In this document: one piece after another, positions 58,279 through 64,000 of the stretch
How positions within the stretch are numbered: position 1 is the first letter of the stretch
Layout of the letters: each line of letters starts with the position of its first letter
From: Planctomycetota bacterium
GTDB taxonomy: Bacteria > Planctomycetota > SZUA-567 > H5-PLA8
Assembly (NCBI GenBank): GCA_038227875.1
Contig: JBBRPR010000003.1
Location: 1 to 64,000, forward strand
Direction: 5' to 3'
Length of the DNA stretch: 64,000 nt
Notes under the pieces: generated by a model
Database searches by the model: none
What the model saw: only the letters and a program-made list of their open reading frames with translations
Told to the model about the DNA's origin: nothing
Position numbers and translations under genes: made by a program

Positions 58279-58797
58279 GTGAGCACTGGCAACGGCAAAA
58301 CAGTCAAGCCCGGCAGTCATCCCTTTGCCAAGAAGGATCCCAAGCCCACACGGGCGCGGCTGGTCAGCCTGCTGGATCCTCTGGGCCGCAAGCGCTACGG
58401 CGAAGTCGAACGCTTTCTCGCAACCGTGAACGGCGCCAACAGCGGCCTGTTCTATTACGGTACTGCGTGGGGCTGGGCGGTGCGATACCTGCTCGGCGCC
58501 AAAGCGACGCTCTGCACACTTCATCTCCTGCCGAATATGTTCGAGGCCACCGTGCCACTCGGCAAGGAAATGGATGAACCGTTGAAGGTGACGGAACTGA
58601 TCGCCGACCTGAAGCGCCGCATCACGCGCACCAAGGCACAGAACGGCACGCGCCACGTGCGCCTGCCGATCAAGAACGATGCTGACTACGCCCAGTTCCA
58701 GCAGTTGATCGGACTGAAGGCCGAAGCGCTCCGTTCGAAGAAGCCGGCCAAGGCCGCAAAGGCCAAGAAGGAAGAGCCGGCGGCGGCGGGAAAGTAA
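58279..58797 (+). CDS. DUF3788-family protein
   Basis: YYG..WGWAVRY...KATLCTL and LIGLK C-terminus; GTG start after GGAGG. Confidence 0.7.
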   Translation: MSTGNGKTVKPGSHPFAKKDPKPTRARLVSLLDPLGRKRYGEVERFLATVNGANSGLFYYGTAWGWAVRYLLGAKATLCTLHLLPNMFEATVPLGKEMDEPLKVTELIADLKRRITRTKAQNGTRHVRLPIKNDADYAQFQQLIGLKAEALRSKKPAKAAKAKKEEPAAAGK

Positions 58798-58849
58798 GAC
58801 GGCGGGAATCCCGACTCCGGCTCTTCGTTCAAAATCGGACTAGATTTCC

Positions 58850-59560
58850 ATGTCCTCCTCCGGCCTGTTCATTACTGGCACCGATACCGGTGTCGGCAAG
58901 ACGCTGGTGTCCTGCGCCATCGTCGCTCATCTTCGCTCTGAAAAAATCGATGCTGTCGGCTTCAAGCCCGTTGCGTCCGGTGCCGTCAACGGCCGCTGGG
59001 AAGACGCCGACTTTCTCCACACCGCCTCTGAAAAATGCGAGCCGCTCGAAGCGCTCTGCCCGCTGCGCTTGCTGCGGCCACTGGCTCCGACGCTGGCGGC
59101 GCGCCATGAACATCGCAGCGTGAATCTCGATCTCGCGCGGAATGCGCTAAGCGATCTGCGTTCGCGCCATTCCACCGTGATCGTGGAAGGCGTCGGCGGG
59201 TTGCTCGTGCCGCTGGATGAGCGCACGCTGGTGCTCGATTTTGTGAAGGAGCTGCGCTTCCCGGTGCTCGTCGTCTGTCGCGCGGCGCTGGGCACGATGA
59301 ACCACACGCTGCTGACGCTGCGGGAACTGGAGCGCGCGGGTCTCGCTCTGGCGGGAATCGTGATGAACACCACGCGTCCGGAAGATGCGGCCGTTGCGGA
59401 GGAGACGCGCGGCGAAATCGAGCGCATCGCGGGCGTGAAGATCGGGGCGGTGCTTCCGTATTTGGGCGCGTTGACGGATCCGGAGCAGCGATGGAATGCG
59501 GCCGGGGCGGAATTGGCGCGGCAGATTAAGATCAAGGAATTGGCAAAGGCCGGGTTTTAG
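58850..59560 (+). CDS. bioD: Dethiobiotin synthase
   Basis: FITGTDTGVGKT, FKPVASG, VEGVGGLLVPL, LGTMNHTLLT. Confidence 0.97.
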   Translation: MSSSGLFITGTDTGVGKTLVSCAIVAHLRSEKIDAVGFKPVASGAVNGRWEDADFLHTASEKCEPLEALCPLRLLRPLAPTLAARHEHRSVNLDLARNALSDLRSRHSTVIVEGVGGLLVPLDERTLVLDFVKELRFPVLVVCRAALGTMNHTLLTLRELERAGLALAGIVMNTTRPEDAAVAEETRGEIERIAGVKIGAVLPYLGALTDPEQRWNAAGAELARQIKIKELAKAGF

Positions 59561-59583
59561 CGGTTGGGGTGATGAGCAAGGTG

Positions 59584-59664
59584 TTTGCAGGCGGGACGCC
59601 TGCACCACAATTGGGTAAAGCGCTGCCGATCAAAAAATTGTGGTGCGGGCGTCTCGCCTGCAAA
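59584..59664. repeat. REP doublet (GTGG + palindrome)
   Basis: tgcaggcgggacgcctgcaCCACaatt ... aattGTGGtgcgggcgtctcgcctgca. Confidence 0.85.
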
Positions 59665-59752
59665 AATGTGGGGTCGACCCCCGCCAGCAATTCCACGTGA
59701 AATGAAACTCACACTTCACACCGTCCACCTCATCCCGTAGTCTCTAGTAGCA

Positions 59753-60532
59753 ATGCGACGAGCGATCATATCGGACATTCACGGCAACTGGGTTGCACTG
59801 GAAGCCACGTTGGCGGACTGCGAGGCGCAGAAGGTGGACGACATCGTCTGCCTCGGCGACATCTGCGGTTACGGCCCCGATCCGATTCAATGCATCGACC
59901 GCGCCCGCGCGGTCTCAAAATGGGTGCTCTGCGGCAACCACGACGCGGCGCTCTTTATGAGCACGCCGATCGGCTTCAATAAATTCGCGAAAGACGCGAT
60001 CGAATGGCAGCGCACGGTGCTCGAACCGCGCTGGTACAGTTTTCCGGCGAAGAAGAACCGCTGGCACTGGCTGGAAAATCTCCCGGCCAGCCGCACTGAA
60101 AACGATGTCCTCTACGTCCACGCCTCGCCGCGGGATCCGCTCATGGAGTACGTCGAAGAAGGCGACTTTGTCGATATGGGCTTCGGGCCGTCGACCAAGG
60201 CGCTCGAGATTTTCGAAAAAATTCAGCGCCTGAGTTTCTGCGGCCACAGCCACCGTCCGGGCGTCGTCGCCGACGACTACCGCTGGATCAAGCCCGCCGA
60301 ATTGCCAGACCTGCTCTACACGCTCCAGCCCGGCAAGACGCTGGTGAACGTGGGCTCCGTCGGCCAGCCGCGCGACGCCAACCCGCAATCGTGCTATGCA
60401 ATCTACGACAACGTCGCCAACACGATCCAGTTCCGCCGCGTCGCTTACGACATCCCCAAGGCGCAGGAACGCTTCAAGCGCGTCCCGCAGCTGAGCGAGC
60501 GGTTGTGGAAGCGTTTGGAAACGGGAAACTGA
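59753..60532 (+). CDS. Metallophosphoesterase (calcineurin-like; YfcE/ApaH-related)
   Basis: SDIHGN, CLGDICGYG, GNHD, HASP, GHSH and NVGSVGQPRD are all intact. Confidence 0.93.
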   Translation: MRRAIISDIHGNWVALEATLADCEAQKVDDIVCLGDICGYGPDPIQCIDRARAVSKWVLCGNHDAALFMSTPIGFNKFAKDAIEWQRTVLEPRWYSFPAKKNRWHWLENLPASRTENDVLYVHASPRDPLMEYVEEGDFVDMGFGPSTKALEIFEKIQRLSFCGHSHRPGVVADDYRWIKPAELPDLLYTLQPGKTLVNVGSVGQPRDANPQSCYAIYDNVANTIQFRRVAYDIPKAQERFKRVPQLSERLWKRLETGN

Positions 60533-60537
60533 CAGAT

Positions 60538-60623
60538 AGTTTTGAGTTGTGAGTTATTAGTTTTGAGTTGAGTTGCAGTCTGCGTAAGCAAAACTCAAAA
60601 CTCAAAACTACGAACTCAAAACT
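60538..60623. repeat. Heptamer-armed inverted repeat between convergent genes
   Basis: (AGTTTTG)n left arm and (CAAAACT)n right arm. Confidence 0.9.
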
Positions 60624-60628
60624 GTTGT

Positions 60629-62350
60629 TTACGACATCACCTTCAACAAGTGCGGCAACAACTGTTTCTTGCGGCTCATCACGCCGGGCAAATCGAAGGT
60701 GCATTCGTCCAGGCGCGTGTAGTTGATGCGGTCGAGGATGCGTTTTTCGCCGACGCAGAGCATCATCGACGTCTCGCGCACGACATTGGTAACCAGCAGC
60801 GCGAAGAGATCGATCTCCTCTTCGCGGCGGAGCGTGCGCATTTCGCGCAGCAGTTCGCCGCGGTGCGCGAGGAAGTTTTCGAAGCCGACCTCCTCCACCT
60901 GCGCGACGGCAAACTTGTACTTCGCCGTGTTGTAATCCTTCTTATCGGCGCTGATGACCTTGCGTGGCGGCTGCGACGCGATGCTCGAACCGACCGAGAG
61001 AATTTCCTCCGACAGCGCCTTGCCGTCGGTTTCCGCGATTTCCTGCAGGTACTGGATCACGGCTTCGTCGCGCGGCGTGGTGGTGGGTGAGCGGAGCATC
61101 AGCGTGTCGGTGATCACGCCGCCCATCAGGATGCCAGCCATCGCCGGCGAGGGCGTGACGCCGAATCGGCGGAACTGTTCGGTCACCAGCGTGCACGACG
61201 ACCCGACAACTTCGTTGATGAACGTGATCGGCACCGACGTCTGCTGCGCGCCGAGGCGATGGTGGTCGAGCACTTCCATCAGCGGCACTTCCGACGCGCC
61301 GTCGATGGCCTGCGCCAGTTCGTTGTGATCGACGAGGATCAGCTTCATCGGCAGTTCGCGTTCCAGGCCTTCGCGCGAAAGCACGCCTTCGAACTTGCCG
61401 CGCTCGTCGACGACGGGGAAAATCTGTTCGCGTTCGCCGGAGATCGCGTCGCGCACTTCGCTCAGCTTTTCCTCCATGCCAAACGTCGGCACGTCGTCCT
61501 GGAGCATATGATCGGCCGGCGCGCTGAATTTCATGCGGCGTACCGTGGTGCCGGAATCGAAGTCGGTCTGCAAAATGGACGTGCCATTGGCGCGCGCCTG
61601 TTCGAGCACGCTCTGTTCGATCTCGTGGCTGCCGGTCACAATCATCAGACGCAGACGGAATTCCACCGCCAAGCGGTGGATCTCCGCGCGGTCGCCGACG
61701 ACCAGCGCCACGCGGTCGGCGTCGCGCTTGGACATGCGTTCGCGCAACGACGCTTCGCTCATGGCGCCCACGTACACCTGGAGCGTTTCGATCGAGCCTT
61801 CGCGGTAGAGCGAGAGTGCGCGGGCCTTGAGCACTTCAGCAATGTGCGCGATGCTGGTGTTGATTTCGCGGCCGACCAGGCCGGCGCCGGTTCCTTCGAA
61901 ATCGCTTTCGCCGCCGAGGTTCTGGATGATCATGCGGTCGGCGAGATCGAACAGGCTGACCATGCCCAGGTAAATGCCCTTGCCGTTGATCAGCGGAATG
62001 CGGTGGCGCCGGGAGCGCTGGAGCATCGAAAACGCTTCCAGCAGCGTCTGTCCGGCGGAGAGTGTCGGCGTGTGGCGGTCGACGACGTCTTTGACGCGCG
62101 GGTAGACGTCGGAAAGTTCGACGGGAAGCGGCACGTTGAACTTCTTGAAGAGAAATTCCGTCCGCGCGCTGGGCAGTCCGGCGCAGGCGGCCAGAACATT
62201 GGGCACGCCCAGCTGCCGCTTGAGATCCGCGTACCCCGCCGCCGCCGCGATGCTGTCGGTGTCGGGGTTCTTGTGTCCGATGACAATGATTTTGGGCGGC
62301 GGAGTCGGATGGTCGGACTTGCGCAGTCGTTCAGTAATGCGTTTGGACAT
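60629..62350 (-). CDS. ppaC: Mn-dependent family II inorganic pyrophosphatase with CBS-DRTGG insert
   Basis: GHKNPDTDS, LVDHNE, DHH, SPTTT, GVMSRKKQ. Confidence 0.96.
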   Translation of the reverse strand: MSKRITERLRKSDHPTPPPKIIVIGHKNPDTDSIAAAAGYADLKRQLGVPNVLAACAGLPSARTEFLFKKFNVPLPVELSDVYPRVKDVVDRHTPTLSAGQTLLEAFSMLQRSRRHRIPLINGKGIYLGMVSLFDLADRMIIQNLGGESDFEGTGAGLVGREINTSIAHIAEVLKARALSLYREGSIETLQVYVGAMSEASLRERMSKRDADRVALVVGDRAEIHRLAVEFRLRLMIVTGSHEIEQSVLEQARANGTSILQTDFDSGTTVRRMKFSAPADHMLQDDVPTFGMEEKLSEVRDAISGEREQIFPVVDERGKFEGVLSREGLERELPMKLILVDHNELAQAIDGASEVPLMEVLDHHRLGAQQTSVPITFINEVVGSSCTLVTEQFRRFGVTPSPAMAGILMGGVITDTLMLRSPTTTPRDEAVIQYLQEIAETDGKALSEEILSVGSSIASQPPRKVISADKKDYNTAKYKFAVAQVEEVGFENFLAHRGELLREMRTLRREEEIDLFALLVTNVVRETSMMLCVGEKRILDRINYTRLDECTFDLPGVMSRKKQLLPHLLKVMS

Positions 62351-62508
62351 GGTTCCTCAACAATGGTGTGAGCTCTCGGTAATTCTCGTGGAAACGTTTT
62401 CAATTTCAACCGCAGCGCGGCTATGCCGCGCTTGCTTCGCGTGCGGGGCGCGGGTAAAAATGGGGATCGCGTTTTCACCACGCCAACTCATTCGACAGGA
62501 CTTTCACC

Positions 62509-63195
62509 GTGAGCATTCGTGCGTTTTTGTTCGACATGGATGGGCTGCTGCTCGACACCGAAGCGATCCATATCCGCGCGTATGCGGAATTGACGGCGCG
62601 GCTGGGCTGTCCGCAGTCGCACGAAACGCTCAAGCGCTTCATTGGGTACTCGCATCCCGTCGCCTGTCAGTGGCTGATGGACGAAGCAGGCTGCCCGGGT
62701 CCGATGGAAGAATTGATTGAAGCGGAGCAGGCGATTTACTTCGACATTCTCGAGAAGGAACGCCCGCGGCCGCTCTCCGGCGTCGGCGAGATGTTCGACG
62801 CGGGCGACACGCTGAAATTCGGGCGCGCGCTGGTTTCCAGCTCGGTCGGTTTCCAGGTCGATCCGACAATGCAGATCATCGCGACGCATCTCAAGCGGGC
62901 CGGCGGCTGGCGGGAGCATTTCCAGTCTGTCTGCACCGGCGACCGCGTCAAAGAGCGCAAACCCGCACCGGATCTGTATGAATTGGCAATGAAGGAACTG
63001 GGCCTCAGGCCCAACGAATGTGTCGCGTTCGAAGATTCGTCGGCGGGCATTCAGGCGGCAGTCAACGCGGGGCTGCGGGTCGTCGCGGTGCCGAATCTGC
63101 ACCTCAAACCCGACGAAGTGGTTCAAGGGCGCACGGAATATGTATACGACACCCTGTTGGAAGTTTCCCGCGACCTCGACCGCATCTTGAAGTAA
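62509..63195 (+). CDS. HAD-family phosphatase (beta-PGM/CbbY-like)
   Basis: FDMDGLLLDTE, KPAPD, FEDSSAGI. Confidence 0.93.
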   Translation: MSIRAFLFDMDGLLLDTEAIHIRAYAELTARLGCPQSHETLKRFIGYSHPVACQWLMDEAGCPGPMEELIEAEQAIYFDILEKERPRPLSGVGEMFDAGDTLKFGRALVSSSVGFQVDPTMQIIATHLKRAGGWREHFQSVCTGDRVKERKPAPDLYELAMKELGLRPNECVAFEDSSAGIQAAVNAGLRVVAVPNLHLKPDEVVQGRTEYVYDTLLEVSRDLDRILK

Positions 63196-63291
63196 ATCCC
63201 CACAGGTGTAGGCATTGCCCGCAGCGCTGTGATTTATGCGCTGCGCACGCAAAACTAGACACAGATTAGACTTATAAAAAGGCACGTCGTG

Positions 63292-63306
63292 TGGCACTCC
63301 GTTTGT
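63292..63306 (+). promoter_or_regulatory. Possible sigma-54 promoter
   Basis: TGGCACTCCGTTTGT: perfect -24 element, GT instead of GC at -12. Confidence 0.4.
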
Positions 63307-63340
63307 TTATAGGAGCTCCGGAATGCTTGGAGACTTGACC

Positions 63341-63841
63341 ATGAAATTCACTCTGCTGACGTTGATCCTCGCCGTGATTCTCGCCGCCTGTTCCACCCGC
63401 GCTGCCGATACCGGAGACACGCAAGCCGAGCCCGTCGGCAACACGGCCGGCAAAATGGGCATGGGTGGAAAGGGCGCTTTCCGCCAGAAGTTGCTGGAAA
63501 AATTCGACGCAAACAAAGACGGCAAGCTCGAGCCCGATGAACTCGCCGCCGCGAAAGCCGCGATGAAAGAGAAGCTGCTCGCCAAGTTCGACACCAATCA
63601 CAACGGCACGCTCGACCCGGATGAACGCGCTGCGATGAAGGCGGCGATTGAACAGCGCCGCGCTCAACGACAGGCCCAAGGCGGACAGGGTCAGGCTGGA
63701 CAAGGCGGACGCCGCTTCGGCAAGGGGCACGCTGGCAACGCGAAGAAAACGACCAGCACCGATTCGACTTCGCCGAGCGATAATGACACCGTGCAGAAGG
63801 TCATTGATCAGATTGACGCCAAGCCGTCGGTGAAGTTCTAG
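63341..63841 (+). CDS. EF-hand lipoprotein/secreted protein
   Basis: LAAC lipobox; DANKDGKLEPDE and DTNHNGTLDPDE EF-hand loops. Confidence 0.88.
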   Translation: MKFTLLTLILAVILAACSTRAADTGDTQAEPVGNTAGKMGMGGKGAFRQKLLEKFDANKDGKLEPDELAAAKAAMKEKLLAKFDTNHNGTLDPDERAAMKAAIEQRRAQRQAQGGQGQAGQGGRRFGKGHAGNAKKTTSTDSTSPSDNDTVQKVIDQIDAKPSVKF

Positions 63842-63868
63842 AACACCTTCAACTACACAACCCGTTGC

Positions 63869-63901
63869 CCCTGGAGCGAATTCGCTCCAGGGTCTTTCTT
63901 T
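63869..63901 (+). terminator. Intrinsic terminator
   Basis: Perfect palindrome ccctggagcgaa-ttcgctccaggg followed by tctttcttt. Confidence 0.7.
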
Positions 63902-63951
63902 GGTACCGCGCACCAGTGGATTGTTGCTCGGTTTTATGATATTATGAAGCC

Positions 63952-64000
63952 ATGGAAAGCGTGGCTCTCGCCTCTAACGCCGTCCGCACTTCGACCATCG
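63952..64000 (+). CDS. Probable 5' end of a leaderless gene, truncated by the window edge
   Basis: TGaTATTAT-N6-ATG GAA AGC GTG..., open to the end of the window. Confidence 0.3.
   Translation, partial: MESVALASNAVRTSTI

Noticed and set aside
62380..62395. Additional parS-like sequences here and at ~30905
   Set aside because: Too many mismatches, or a half-site only.

Overview
This is a GC-rich bacterial chromosomal window, most consistent with a Planctomycetota/PVC-type organism. That placement is inferred from the DUF4388/PEGA and PQQ-propeller proteins, the sulfatase and the 'WQxSLR/WQxHLST' membrane proteins. It holds about 45 CDS. Signalling genes: the 5' part of a poly-HAMP sensor kinase, a CBS protein, an NtrC-family activator and a STAS protein. 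Metabolic and transport genes: hom, lysC, sdhCAB, bioD, a CBS/DRTGG pyrophosphatase, chrA, an MscK-like channel, a sulfatase and a TMTC-like glycosyltransferase, plus several secreted proteins. I found no rRNA, tRNA or CRISPR array. Non-obvious signals: (1) a structured ~130-nt leader before a HEAT-repeat gene with an 'LP..PDL..LK.QAK' N-terminal domain; (2) a two-gene surface-fibre module built from phage-tail-fibre-like parts behind a sigma-54 promoter; (3) three variant sigma-54 promoters (TGGYAY-N5-TCGC) clustered next to the NtrC gene; (4) a lone IS200-like Y1 transposase nested in two layers of palindromic repeats; (5) a perfect parS site; (6) a metallophosphoesterase paralogue with degenerate catalytic motifs; (7) several REP/MITE/heptamer repeat families; (8) likely leaderless genes. 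All product calls come from motif recognition by eye; no searches were run.
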